From SAR92 clade bacterium (GTDB taxonomy: Bacteria > Pseudomonadota > Gammaproteobacteria > Pseudomonadales > Porticoccaceae): a DNA stretch of 64,000 nucleotides. Below are positions 47,920 through 58,282 of the stretch, in pieces. A model generated the notes under the pieces. That model was not told the origin of the DNA. It worked only from the letters and a program-made list of their open reading frames with translations, and did not search any database. The stretch spans positions 317,589 to 381,588 of the forward strand of contig SHBP01000001.1 in the NCBI GenBank assembly GCA_004211905.1, given 5' to 3'. Positions within the stretch are counted from its first letter, which is position 1. Each line of letters starts with the position of its first letter. The translations under genes were made by a program, and so were the position numbers.

Positions 47920-48917
47920 AAGGTTCTCGCGTTATTGGCGCCATGCTACTCTTACTCTGGTCAGTGTCGCTGACGGCCGAGATGATTCCAACCCAAAGCC
48001 CATCAGTGCAATTTATCAATCAGCATATCAGCGATCCGGCGCTGCAGTTTTCTGACCACAGCATTGATGTTGATGGTCAGCGACTACACTATGTCAGCGC
48101 CGGCACCGGTAAATTAATTCTGTTCTACCACGGCTTTCCCTCTTACTGGTACATGTGGAAAAATCAACTATTGGACTTAGCCGCGGACTATCGAGTAGTG
48201 GCAGTGGATGGTCTGGGCGCTAATCTATCGGCTAAACCCAACAAGCTAGAGCCCTACCATATCAGTGCCTTGTCACGACAGCTCAAGGCGTTGGTCGAGG
48301 CACTGGTGGGCGATGAAGGCTTTGTGCTTGTAGGTCATGACTGGGGCGGCGCATTGGCCTGGTCCTATGCCCAACAGTATCCTCAGGGTCTAGATAAGTT
48401 AGTGGTACTAAATGCACCACCTACCAATTTGTTTCTTGAATTACTCCGCTCCAATCCAGATCAACGCAAGGCATCCACTTATATTGCTAGTTTAAAGAAC
48501 GCTGCTCAGAACCAAACTGTAGACCAGAAATATGCCAACCGAATGGCAAGTTTTGCCTATCGCAGTATGATCAATCGCGGCCTAATCTCAGCGTCAGAGG
48601 GTGAACTATACAAAACCGCACTGACTCGGCCCGGGGCTGTAGTCGGCGGCATCAAATGGTATCAGGCTAATATCCCTGAGCTAGACAAGATTACAGATGA
48701 TGATTTCTGGCCTTCAATCAAGGCCAGCACAGAGGTAGAGAGTATGCTGATTTGGGGCGAGGACGATACTACCTTTGTCTCCGCCTTTATAGACCAACTA
48801 CCCAACTATGCAAAAGATCTACGGATCGAAGTCCTACCGGGCGTGAGGCATTGGCCCCCGCTGGAGGCTCCGGATAAGGTAAATCACCTGATAAGAGAAT
48901 TTATTGAGGCGCCTTGA
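47916..48917 (+). CDS. Alpha/beta hydrolase (epoxide-hydrolase-like), predicted secreted
   Basis: HGFP..WY.W, GHDWGG, IWGEDD, HW.P.EAP..V; GTG start overlaps the SDR stop. Confidence 0.88.
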   Translation: MKGSRVIGAMLLLLWSVSLTAEMIPTQSPSVQFINQHISDPALQFSDHSIDVDGQRLHYVSAGTGKLILFYHGFPSYWYMWKNQLLDLAADYRVVAVDGLGANLSAKPNKLEPYHISALSRQLKALVEALVGDEGFVLVGHDWGGALAWSYAQQYPQGLDKLVVLNAPPTNLFLELLRSNPDQRKASTYIASLKNAAQNQTVDQKYANRMASFAYRSMINRGLISASEGELYKTALTRPGAVVGGIKWYQANIPELDKITDDDFWPSIKASTEVESMLIWGEDDTTFVSAFIDQLPNYAKDLRIEVLPGVRHWPPLEAPDKVNHLIREFIEAP

Positions 48918-49024
48918 GGAGCTCATGGGCATTAATATAGGACTGTGATTGATGGATAACCATCAGGATAAACCGGAAACGAGCAACTTAATCTTGTCGC
49001 ATAAGCGGCGAATGGGGTGGAAGA

Positions 49025-50986
49025 ATGGCCAATACCAGTAAGGGATCGCAGCCTTCCGTTGACAGCAAAGTTACAAGCGGTATGACCGTCGCCGACGATC
49101 TTGACTTTGCTCGCGTTGTACAGATTTTTTTACGTACCTGGCCTTTCATCAAGCCGCTGACCCGTCACCTAATCATCTTTGTTCTGTGCTCAGCGCTGGT
49201 CTTTATTGTGACTACCTTTCTTGGCTTCGTCATCACCGGGCTGGTGAATAGTGGCATCATCGGTGGTCAGCCACTTGGGGTTCTGCATGCCCGTATTTAT
49301 GGTCTCGATCCGGCGGTGTTTGTCGAGGTGGAGGAACTATCCGCGAACGCTCGGCGGCAGCTACCCCAACTCGCAATATGGTCCATGATTCCCATGGTCG
49401 GATTGGTACTTATCGGTGGCATGCTCCTCTACCAGTATAGCGTCTGGATTTTTCAGAGCATAAATCAGTTGATGCGTGTGCGTCTCATCGATCAGCTGCA
49501 GATGCAATCCCTAGCATTCCACAGCCAGACGCAAACGGGCGACGCGATCTACCGGATCTATCAAGACAGCGCCATGGTGACATCGATCATCCGATCGATT
49601 TTCTTGGATCCATTGATGTTCCTGGGGCGCTACCTATTCGGCCTTGCGGTGGTGTCCGCTTTCAACCCCTGGCTATCACTAATACTCGGTGTCACATTAG
49701 TCCCCGTGCTGCTCCTAGGACGCTATTTCTCATCACCGCTAAGGGTTGCCTTCCGACGTGCCCGAGAAAGCAACAGCCAACTGACATCCTGGATACAGGA
49801 GACCATGGTCGGCATCCGCGTCATTAAGGCCACTGGAAACGAAAGCCAGCGTGAATCTACATTCAAACGGATCTCCGAAGATGCCTTTGCCGCGGCGTTT
49901 GAAGCCAGGGTCTTGCTCACGGTATTGGGTATCCTAGCATTCGTAGTCGCGGGTCTAGCGGTTATTACGACCCAATCCATCACCGCTCTCTACGCCAATG
50001 CGGAAGCATCCACCTACGCACGGGATCTACTCCTCGGTTTCGGATTTGCCGTATGGAACCTTGGTTCGTTCACTGCGGCGTCGACCCGCATCAACGACAG
50101 CGTGGGCTCGCTGGAATCGCTTATCACGATCTGGGGACGCGCCCAAGACATGGCTGTTGGACTCAACCGCGTATTCGAGATCCTTGATCTCGAACCGGAA
50201 ATAATGGATGCCCCAAATGCCAGCGACCTCGACAATATCGGGGACGGCGTGACCTTTCAAAACGTAACGTTCGGCTACGACCGAATGCGCCCCGTCCTAT
50301 CCAACGTCAACTTTACATCGCCTACGGGTCAGATCACAGCAATTGTTGGTCCCACGGGCACAGGTAAGTCGACCTTAATGTCCCTGTTGCTTCGGCTTGC
50401 TGATCCCCAAACCGGCGCCATTACAGTGGGTGGCAAGGCCGTCAATAACGTCACGGTTGCATCACTGCGCCGTCAGGTTTCAATTGCCACGCAAGAGAAC
50501 ATCTTATTTACCGCTTCTGTGCTAGAAAATATTCGCTACGCAGTACCGGAAGCCGATCGGGACGCCGTGATCGCCGCCGCTCGAATCGCATGTGCTGATG
50601 AATTCATCGACCAGTTGTCACAGGGCTATGACACCCCACTCGGTGAACGCGCTACCAAGCTGTCGACCGGTCAGCGTCAGCGCATTGTTATCGCTCGAGC
50701 ATTGGTCAAGGACTCGCCCATACTAATACTGGACGAGCCCACGGCTGCCCTCGATGCAGAGACCGAATTGCGGGTGATGGACAATCTGCGCCAATGGGGT
50801 GCATCTCGCTGCGTGTTTTTGATCACTCATCGGTTGTCGACCATCCGCCAGGCACACAACGTGCTGTACCTGAACGACGGCCATGTTGCAGCCTTTGGAC
50901 CGCACGATCAGTTACTCCAAGACAACAACACCTATCGGTCATTTGTCGAAGCCGAAGCCGGGATACCAATGGAGAAAAAGCCTTGA
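49025..50986 (+). CDS. ABC exporter, TMD-NBD half transporter
   Basis: GPTGTGKS, LSTGQRQR, ILDEPT, ITHRL. Confidence 0.92.
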   Translation: MANTSKGSQPSVDSKVTSGMTVADDLDFARVVQIFLRTWPFIKPLTRHLIIFVLCSALVFIVTTFLGFVITGLVNSGIIGGQPLGVLHARIYGLDPAVFVEVEELSANARRQLPQLAIWSMIPMVGLVLIGGMLLYQYSVWIFQSINQLMRVRLIDQLQMQSLAFHSQTQTGDAIYRIYQDSAMVTSIIRSIFLDPLMFLGRYLFGLAVVSAFNPWLSLILGVTLVPVLLLGRYFSSPLRVAFRRARESNSQLTSWIQETMVGIRVIKATGNESQRESTFKRISEDAFAAAFEARVLLTVLGILAFVVAGLAVITTQSITALYANAEASTYARDLLLGFGFAVWNLGSFTAASTRINDSVGSLESLITIWGRAQDMAVGLNRVFEILDLEPEIMDAPNASDLDNIGDGVTFQNVTFGYDRMRPVLSNVNFTSPTGQITAIVGPTGTGKSTLMSLLLRLADPQTGAITVGGKAVNNVTVASLRRQVSIATQENILFTASVLENIRYAVPEADRDAVIAAARIACADEFIDQLSQGYDTPLGERATKLSTGQRQRIVIARALVKDSPILILDEPTAALDAETELRVMDNLRQWGASRCVFLITHRLSTIRQAHNVLYLNDGHVAAFGPHDQLLQDNNTYRSFVEAEAGIPMEKKP

Positions 50987-52947
50987 GTGATAAAGAAAAT
51001 ATGAGCGCAGAACCAATCAGCACCCGCGAGACGCTGAACCTTGTCGCCCGCTCGCTACGTTTTGTCTGGCCTTACTGGCCACGGATCTTGATTCAACTGA
51101 TCCTCAGCTTCATCGGCATTGCGATGATCCTATTCCTGCCCTGGCCACTAAAAATCCTCATAGATTACGTGATTATGGGGCTGCCGGTCGGTTACTCACC
51201 CACCCCCTTTCCGCCCTATATTCAACCCTTTGTCGACCTACTGCACGGTATGACCCCGTTGGAAATTGTCTGGGTGGTCATCGCCGTAAGCTGCCTTGGT
51301 ATCGTCCTGATAGGCTCATTTGGGAACGGTAGCTCTCGTGATACCGCTGATGGCAACCTGGCGCAGGGACTTGATACTGCCACTCAGAGTGAAAATCGGG
51401 CGAACGAGGCTAGCAGCCGGGTGAGTGGCCTGCTCGGTCTGTTTGAATACCGTTTCCAACTGAAGACTACCCATCGCTTTAATCACCGGTTACGCAGTTT
51501 GGTATTCCAGCGCTTGTTGGCCTTACCTATGAACCGATTCAGTGACGAAAGTGTGGGGGATGCCGTGTATCGCGTGATGTATGATACGCCAGCCATCTCC
51601 AAAGTTTGTTACGACATATTGGTTGTGCCGCTGAGCAATATCTTCCTCATCGCAGTTGTTATCTGGACCATGCAATACAGCTATGCATCTGTACCATCGC
51701 TGGTACTGTTGGCTTGGCTCGCCGTACCCATGCTACTGATATCCTCACTTTTGATGACCGGTGCTACCCGCCGCAGGTCGCTGGCGAGTCGCAAAGCCGG
51801 TGCCAATACGACCGCAACCGCCGAAGAGGGGTTGGGTAATATACGCGCCGTGCAGAGCCTCGGAGCGAACGACCGGCAGCGCGATGAGTTCAAGCGCGAT
51901 AGCAATGAGTCGTTCAGCCGATACCGGTCGTTTGTGTGGATGAACGTAATCTTAGTCGGCCTGCAAGCCGCGATCGCCTGCGGCCTAATTTTGTACGTGT
52001 TCTTCGACATCGCCGAGGCCATCATTGGCGGTCGCATGTCACCGGGGGACGCAGGTCCTCTGTATGTCTTCTTTGGGCAGTTGTTACTCAGTACTCTGGC
52101 TCTTGGCGCACTGTGGTTCAAACTGCAAGACAATCTCGTCGGCATGCGCCGGGTGTTTCAGATCATTGATCAGCAAGCGGACCATGAACGCCACGGTAAA
52201 GAGACACTGGAAACTGTGCGTGAAGGACTGAAGATTGACCAGGTCAGTTACACCTATCCAGATGGAACGCCTGTACTTGATAGTGTCTCTCTAGATGCTC
52301 GAGTGGGCGAGATGATAGCTCTGGTTGGCACGACCGGTTCAGGCAAGACGACGTTGTCTTATCTCATCCCCGCATTTATACAGCCCACCGCGGGGCGTGT
52401 ATTACTCGATGGCATCGACACTCGCCAGCTGTCAGTCGGCAATCTACGGGGCCTCGTCAGCTTCGTTTTTCAAGAACCGGCGATATTTAACGATACAGTG
52501 GCGAACAACATCCGCCTAGGTAACTCAGACGCCAGCGATGCAGACCTTACCTCTGCCGCAGCAAGCGCAGGTGCCCTGTCGTTCATCCGCGATCTTCCAG
52601 AGGGTTTCGACACGCTTCTAGGTCGTAACGGCGACACCCTATCTGTCGGGCAAAAACAGCGTCTGGCAATTGCCCGAGGGTTGGTTAGCCAGTCGCCGGT
52701 GCTGGTGCTTGATGAACCCACCGCAGCACTGGACCCGGAAACCGAAAACGCCTTAGTGCAAGCCTTACAGGTGGAGCGCGAAAAGCGCATCCTGATTGTG
52801 ATCGCCCATCGCCTTAGCACCATCCGCATGGCCGATCGGATCTGTGTGGTCGATGACGGTCGAATTGTCGAATCCGGGCGTCATGAAGAACTAATGCAGA
52901 ACCCGAGCGGCGCCTACCGACGATTTGTCGAACTTCAGTTGGGTTAG
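50983..52947 (+). CDS. ABC exporter, TMD-NBD half transporter (partner)
   Basis: GTTGSGKT, LSVGQKQR, LDEPT, IAHRL; start at TTG 50983 (TTGA overlap) or ATG 51001 rather than 50794. Confidence 0.92.
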   Translation: MSDKENMSAEPISTRETLNLVARSLRFVWPYWPRILIQLILSFIGIAMILFLPWPLKILIDYVIMGLPVGYSPTPFPPYIQPFVDLLHGMTPLEIVWVVIAVSCLGIVLIGSFGNGSSRDTADGNLAQGLDTATQSENRANEASSRVSGLLGLFEYRFQLKTTHRFNHRLRSLVFQRLLALPMNRFSDESVGDAVYRVMYDTPAISKVCYDILVVPLSNIFLIAVVIWTMQYSYASVPSLVLLAWLAVPMLLISSLLMTGATRRRSLASRKAGANTTATAEEGLGNIRAVQSLGANDRQRDEFKRDSNESFSRYRSFVWMNVILVGLQAAIACGLILYVFFDIAEAIIGGRMSPGDAGPLYVFFGQLLLSTLALGALWFKLQDNLVGMRRVFQIIDQQADHERHGKETLETVREGLKIDQVSYTYPDGTPVLDSVSLDARVGEMIALVGTTGSGKTTLSYLIPAFIQPTAGRVLLDGIDTRQLSVGNLRGLVSFVFQEPAIFNDTVANNIRLGNSDASDADLTSAAASAGALSFIRDLPEGFDTLLGRNGDTLSVGQKQRLAIARGLVSQSPVLVLDEPTAALDPETENALVQALQVEREKRILIVIAHRLSTIRMADRICVVDDGRIVESGRHEELMQNPSGAYRRFVELQLG

Positions 52948-52965
52948 ATCACCTTTAATACGTCG

Positions 52966-54192
52966 CTAAGAACCACTCAACTTTTCTTGAAACCGATCGC
53001 CGCGTTCCGCTGCCAATTTAAAAGCAGCCTCTGTTTCGGCCACCTCTTCCTGCTGCTGCGCAGTTCTCAATGCTGCAAACTCTTTTTCCCACCAACGGCC
53101 TGTTAATTTGGGATAGGTTCTCATGAGATTAGCAGCCGCATTAGCCCCACGATTACGACCCGCATTGTAACCCACGTCGTCATTAGTTGAAGCGCCAGAC
53201 TTACCAAACGGTATCAGGTCCCCCTGCATCGTTGGCAGTAGGAAGTAAGGCATCGATATACGTGTATCTCCATCAGGAATCATGGTGGTATTCACTCGGT
53301 GGACAGTGGCCGAGTAACGTCCTTCGCTCAGATGCATCAGGGATCCTCCAGTATTAACTACCACAGAGCCCGGCACTACCGGCACATTGTATTCTCCCTC
53401 TGCCGTGCGACAGGTCACAGGAGCGTTCATCCACTGCCCTTCACCGGCGACCACCTGGAGCCCAGGTCGGTCATTGATTAACAAGGCCACAAAGGGAGGT
53501 CCGTCAATATGCGCACCTGTAACCGCGCTGGAAAATTTAGCATACTCATCACGAATCAGATCTCGCTTATCCGCTAGGATGGCGTCCATGCTGAAGTTGT
53601 GGTTCAAGCTCGCAAAAAGGTAGGGTTCATCGAGATTAAAATATTGTCGGAATTCGGCTGGATCCTCGCCGAGCGACTCAACGATCAGCTCGCCCAGTTG
53701 CAACGTCAAACGATGATAGGCCGAGTTGAGTTCGTTCAGCGTTGGCTTGAAGCCGGGCAATCTCTCTGAGTCTGGCCACGTATTAGGCCCTCGAAAAAAT
53801 CGTTCGTGGATAGGCTGAGACTCGTCGTCGTGGGCACAGAGTGGCGCCTCATCAAATCCGTACTGAAAGCTTTCAATCACTTGAGCACGGCCAGAATCTG
53901 GAGGCCTCGGTGAAGAATAACCTCGAACATAAGGACTATTTTCAATGGATGATGCTTGCTTAAAGTCCATGGGTGAATCAAAAAACTTCCTTACTTCGGT
54001 AAACACTCGCTGCTGGAACTCGTCCTTAAAGCCAGGCGCATTGGTTAGGATTAGAAACCCACATTCTTCAAGCGCATAACGAAGATCTTTAAAAAACTTA
54101 TCCCGGTTGCGTTCAAGATCAAGCCAATCAACTGATGGTATCTCGCTCAGCGAATCAGGACCGTGGTTGGTATTGTTAGGTTTATCGGACAT
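52966..54192 (-). CDS. 2-oxoglutarate/Fe(II) oxygenase (isopenicillin-N-synthase-like fold)
   Basis: ECGFL.L, PN.WP, AHID (HxD), PGLQV, VVNTG..L..LS.G.Y.AT.HRV, R.S.PYF. Confidence 0.85.
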   Translation of the reverse strand: MSDKPNNTNHGPDSLSEIPSVDWLDLERNRDKFFKDLRYALEECGFLILTNAPGFKDEFQQRVFTEVRKFFDSPMDFKQASSIENSPYVRGYSSPRPPDSGRAQVIESFQYGFDEAPLCAHDDESQPIHERFFRGPNTWPDSERLPGFKPTLNELNSAYHRLTLQLGELIVESLGEDPAEFRQYFNLDEPYLFASLNHNFSMDAILADKRDLIRDEYAKFSSAVTGAHIDGPPFVALLINDRPGLQVVAGEGQWMNAPVTCRTAEGEYNVPVVPGSVVVNTGGSLMHLSEGRYSATVHRVNTTMIPDGDTRISMPYFLLPTMQGDLIPFGKSGASTNDDVGYNAGRNRGANAAANLMRTYPKLTGRWWEKEFAALRTAQQQEEVAETEAAFKLAAERGDRFQEKLSGS

Positions 54193-54434
54193 AATGATCT
54201 TGGTCTCAACTATTTGTGATTGTTAAAAAGAGTAATGGGGTCAGCTTTCTCTGTTCCTGTTCTATTTCTTGTCTTTACCAGGGAACTTTTAAACTTTTCT
54301 ACCTGCGCCAGGTAAACAGATATCTTCTATCGAGAAGCGTCAAGAAATTGTTCAATCGATCAAAGGGGTAATACAATCGGGAGACGTGATAACTTTTTAG
54401 CCTAGCCTTTACCCTTTACCTCTACTTGATACCT

Positions 54435-54640
54435 TCAACCTTTTTGCTTTAACTCAGATATCACCTGCTCATCGGTCAGCAGATATGGCAGACATTCAAA
54501 AACACCAAGACTGACGAGCTCATTCTGCGCTACAGAGACCAATCCACCTTGATTATCAACCGATTACACTGGCACAAAATCATGACTGTCGTTATCAAGG
54601 CCAGGTAACCCACGTTCATGACTTACATACTCTAACCGGC
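54435..54640 (-). pseudogene. Possible decayed gene 3' end
   Basis: Protein-like frame LEYVSHERGLPGLDNDSHDFVPV*SVDNQGGLVSVAQNELVSLGVFECLPYLLTDEQVISELKQKG* with one internal TAA; family not recognised. Confidence 0.25.
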
Positions 54641-54765
54641 CACCGAATCGGAGCGTGCAAACCAGAGTATACAAGCTACTCTTTATTATAGATACCCTAC
54701 AATAGCGCTCTTCATCTAAACGCTCCGCTACAGTATTTCCCCTAGCATCTCGATGGGTCCACCCA

Positions 54766-57360
54766 CTAAGGTTTACTGTTAAAAACGCTAATTGCCTCTA
54801 TATTCAAACCAAGCTCAGTACCTTTAAGACCATCGGCACTGACATTAATGGTCGCATCACCAACACTGGCTTTAGTTTGCACAATTAACAGAGCTCGACC
54901 ATTACGGGTGGTGATTTCATTGGTCTTGTGAGGCTGAACGTTATCTTCCGCGCCATTGTCTACCCCCAATGACTGAAGCTTTGGATCGATATCAAAGCTC
55001 AACTTCCGCTCCTGAGTCGTTACCGCAACACCGTTTTTATCAACTACCTGTGCGGTGATATGTGCGACATCGTAGCTATCGGCATCCAAGCGTTTTCGAT
55101 CCACACTCAGAACAATAGCCGCAGGCTCCAGACTAGAACGAAGGCTTGTACCGACATCCACACCGGTCACCACCGATATCGCCTTCAACTCACCCGGCTC
55201 GAAGGCCACCGCCCACTTTAAAATGTGATCATCGTTGTCGATCAATCGCTGTACGCCCTGCGACTTGCCGTTGAGGAACAACTCTACCTCTGCCTGGTTG
55301 GTATACACCTCAACCACAATGTCTTGACCGGGGTTGTAGTTCCAATGCGCATTAACATCGTGCCAACCCCAGTTCCTCCACTTCCACTGGCCCTCCGTTT
55401 CTTCGACTACTTGATTGTCTTCTACGCGGTAGATCGAATCATCAAGATCGGCTGTAGTCATATAAACATGGGGTTCCTCGCTCCAGATCGATTTCATCAT
55501 ATGGTAACTGGGCTTCTTGAAACCCGCGAAATCCAACATGCCACTGGGTGCACCCTTGGACGGCCAGCGGCCTTCCACCTCACCTAGATAATCTATGCCT
55601 GTCCACACAAAAATACCCGCCACAAAAGGCCTATTCAGCACAGCTTCCCATTCAGCCCACTGAACAAAGTTTTCAGTACCCATCACCATCTTTTCGGGAT
55701 AGTGCCGGCGAGCATAATCGTAAATTGCTCGGCGATAGCTGAAGCCAGCGATATCCACAGCGTCGGCATAACCTGAATGTAAGCTAACCGATGGCAGTAC
55801 CATATTAGTGGTGACAGGCCGACTGGTATCAAGTGTTCGTAGCCACTTTGACAAACGCTGGGCAGTCCCTGCGAGGGTCGGTTCTTCAGCTTTAAAGCTA
55901 TTGAACACCGCTTTACTCTGCTCCGGAGTTATCGGGGGTTCCTTATGTGTTGCCCCCTTAGACTTGCCATTTTTGCCAAAATAACCGGTAGCGGGAATGT
56001 ATCTTGGGTAGCTCCATTCAATCTCATTACCAATACTCCATTGAAAAATAGATGGATTATTAATATCTCGCCTAATGATGGCGGTGAGATCTTTTTCAGC
56101 CCACTCAGTGAAAAATTCACTGTAGCCTTGCTCGATATAATCAATCTCTCCCTGATGACGACCGTTTCTACGCTTGTTTTTGGGTCTTTCCCACTCGTCA
56201 AAAGTTTCTTGCTGAACCAAGAAACCCATCTCATCACACAGTTCAATAAATTCTTTGGAGGCAGGTTTGTGACCGGTCCGAATAGCATTCACCCCCGCTT
56301 CTTTCAAAGCTTCCAAACGGCGCTTCCAAACCCCTAGAGGTACCGCAGCTCCCACTAGCCCAGCATCATGATGAAGGTTAACCCCTTTGATTTTTACGTT
56401 TCTATCGTTTAGAAAAAAACCGGTTTTGGCGTCGTTTCTTAAGGAACGAATACCGAAACGGGTACTCTTAGAATCAAGTAACTGTCCCTCAACTAGAACC
56501 TCTGTCTCAGCGAAATATAAATTAGGATTATCTATATCCCAAAGCCGCGGCTGAGTCACAATAACCTCTTGGCGAAGTAATTCGGTGGCGCGTGCGGCAA
56601 TTTCCAGACGCTTCACATCTCTACCAATGTTACGGCCCGAGTCATCGAGTAGCGTAGTTGAAACATTCAACACCCTGGCTTGCGCACTATCGTTTCGTAG
56701 TTCCGTGCTTATAAGCACCTTAGCACGCTCCGAAGTCACTTCCGGGGTTAAAATAGTACTTCCCCAAATTGGCACATGCACTTGACCTGTGATGACAAGC
56801 TTTACATTTCGGTAGATGCCAGAGCCCGTGTACCAGCGAGAATCCACATAGCGGCTGCGATCAACATACACAGCAATCACATTGTCACTGCCATCTGTAT
56901 TAAGAAACGGCGTGAGGTCATAATAAAAAGCCACATAGCCAAAGGGACGATAGCCGAGTGAATGTCCGTTAATCCACACCTCTGAGTGATTGTAGATTCC
57001 GTCGAACAAAATTTGGGTCTTGGCTATTTCGCCATTTGCCAGCTCCGGCGTAGCAAAATGCTTTCTATACCACCCCAGGCCACCTGGTAGATAGCCTGTA
57101 GCACCCGCGGTATTCTCCTGTGAATACTCCGCCTCGATGCTCCAATCATGGGGTAAGCGAAGCTCGCGCCAGCTGCTGTCGTCAAATGCTGGTGCTTGCG
57201 CTCCACTGTGTTCACCCAGACTGAATTTCCAATCGAAATTAAAATCCAGTTCTTGGCGGGTGCTGGCATCGTCATTCGCGGCAAGTGCAGCGCTGAATGC
57301 TAGCAATAGAACTTGGGTGCAAAATACGAATGCGGAAAAGAATGAACGATAAGTGGGCAT
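54766..57360 (-). CDS. Glycoside hydrolase family 2, secreted
   Basis: FNFDWKF, LPHDWSIE, SRWYTGSGIYR.V, KGVNLHHD.G..GAA, NAIRT.H, WSIGNE, GTE, VWTGIDYLGE. Confidence 0.92.
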   Translation of the reverse strand: MPTYRSFFSAFVFCTQVLLLAFSAALAANDDASTRQELDFNFDWKFSLGEHSGAQAPAFDDSSWRELRLPHDWSIEAEYSQENTAGATGYLPGGLGWYRKHFATPELANGEIAKTQILFDGIYNHSEVWINGHSLGYRPFGYVAFYYDLTPFLNTDGSDNVIAVYVDRSRYVDSRWYTGSGIYRNVKLVITGQVHVPIWGSTILTPEVTSERAKVLISTELRNDSAQARVLNVSTTLLDDSGRNIGRDVKRLEIAARATELLRQEVIVTQPRLWDIDNPNLYFAETEVLVEGQLLDSKSTRFGIRSLRNDAKTGFFLNDRNVKIKGVNLHHDAGLVGAAVPLGVWKRRLEALKEAGVNAIRTGHKPASKEFIELCDEMGFLVQQETFDEWERPKNKRRNGRHQGEIDYIEQGYSEFFTEWAEKDLTAIIRRDINNPSIFQWSIGNEIEWSYPRYIPATGYFGKNGKSKGATHKEPPITPEQSKAVFNSFKAEEPTLAGTAQRLSKWLRTLDTSRPVTTNMVLPSVSLHSGYADAVDIAGFSYRRAIYDYARRHYPEKMVMGTENFVQWAEWEAVLNRPFVAGIFVWTGIDYLGEVEGRWPSKGAPSGMLDFAGFKKPSYHMMKSIWSEEPHVYMTTADLDDSIYRVEDNQVVEETEGQWKWRNWGWHDVNAHWNYNPGQDIVVEVYTNQAEVELFLNGKSQGVQRLIDNDDHILKWAVAFEPGELKAISVVTGVDVGTSLRSSLEPAAIVLSVDRKRLDADSYDVAHITAQVVDKNGVAVTTQERKLSFDIDPKLQSLGVDNGAEDNVQPHKTNEITTRNGRALLIVQTKASVGDATINVSADGLKGTELGLNIEAISVFNSKP

Positions 57361-57560
57361 AAGAATTACCTTGAAACCAGTAAATTGAAGGAGTTATATA
57401 GAGTCTTTTTAAGCATAATTGCATTACTATTATATAATACTTATAATAATAATACATCCACTATTCAATCGCTGTGATCCAAGCTCGCCGTATTTTCATC
57501 AAGGTCGAGTCTGGGTTTAGCCATAGCACTAGCGAAGCAACAAAAAGGTCTTTCAGACAA

Positions 57561-58031
57561 ATGGTCATATTCTTCTCTATTTTTGGAACCATCCATACTG
57601 TACTTACTATTTTGGCGATACTAGCGGGAGGCTATGTTCTTTTTCAAACAAGATCTAAGCAGATTTCAAAGGTCGCTACGCTTTTATACATCCCACTAAT
57701 GTTGCTCATCAATGTAATGGCTCTACTCTTGGTCAAGCTCTTTCATTTTGGCCCGTTTCACGTTCTGGCCTACAGTCTTTTAGCCCTCACCTTGGGCGCG
57801 TTGCTTTGCCTCACCCTATGGAAAAGCCAGCTCAACTGGCGCTACTGGCATTTTTTGGCACTGGTATGGTCTTACATGGGCTTGCTGACCGTTTTTGTAT
57901 CCGGGTATTTGGTTGAACTTCCATTCATTAGTTATGGAATACCTTTTGTGGCCTCGGTGGTTTGTGTCAGCTTGCCGATGCTGATGGGCGGGCACCAGAT
58001 CATTCTAAGAAAAAAAGCTTTTTTTCTATAA
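57561..58031 (+). CDS. Membrane protein (DUF2306-like)
   Basis: G.IHT...ILAI.AG, FG.FH.LA, WSY.GLL; start at ATG 57561 preferred. Confidence 0.6.
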   Translation: MVIFFSIFGTIHTVLTILAILAGGYVLFQTRSKQISKVATLLYIPLMLLINVMALLLVKLFHFGPFHVLAYSLLALTLGALLCLTLWKSQLNWRYWHFLALVWSYMGLLTVFVSGYLVELPFISYGIPFVASVVCVSLPMLMGGHQIILRKKAFFL

Positions 58032-58282
58032 GGGCTTATTGAGCGAAAAGCATTGGGCTACATAGCAACTTAAACCTCGCTCCAGTCCAAAAAAACTGCG
58101 ATTAACGAGCCAAGACGTTTTGGTAGGAATTTAAAAGCATCCATGCACATGGCTATCCTCCTTTCACCGGCCTCCCTCGGCGCCGTAGGACACCTTTAGG
58201 GATCCAGCATCAGACTAATTCCTATAAGCGCGTGTTCCAAACTGAACTAATACCGTTGCAAGCTTGAATCATAGATACTTTG

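Noticed and set aside
50794-50982. N-terminal extension of the second ABC gene in the ORF track
   Set aside because: Overlaps the upstream gene by about 190 bp; a better start with GGAG lies at 50983.
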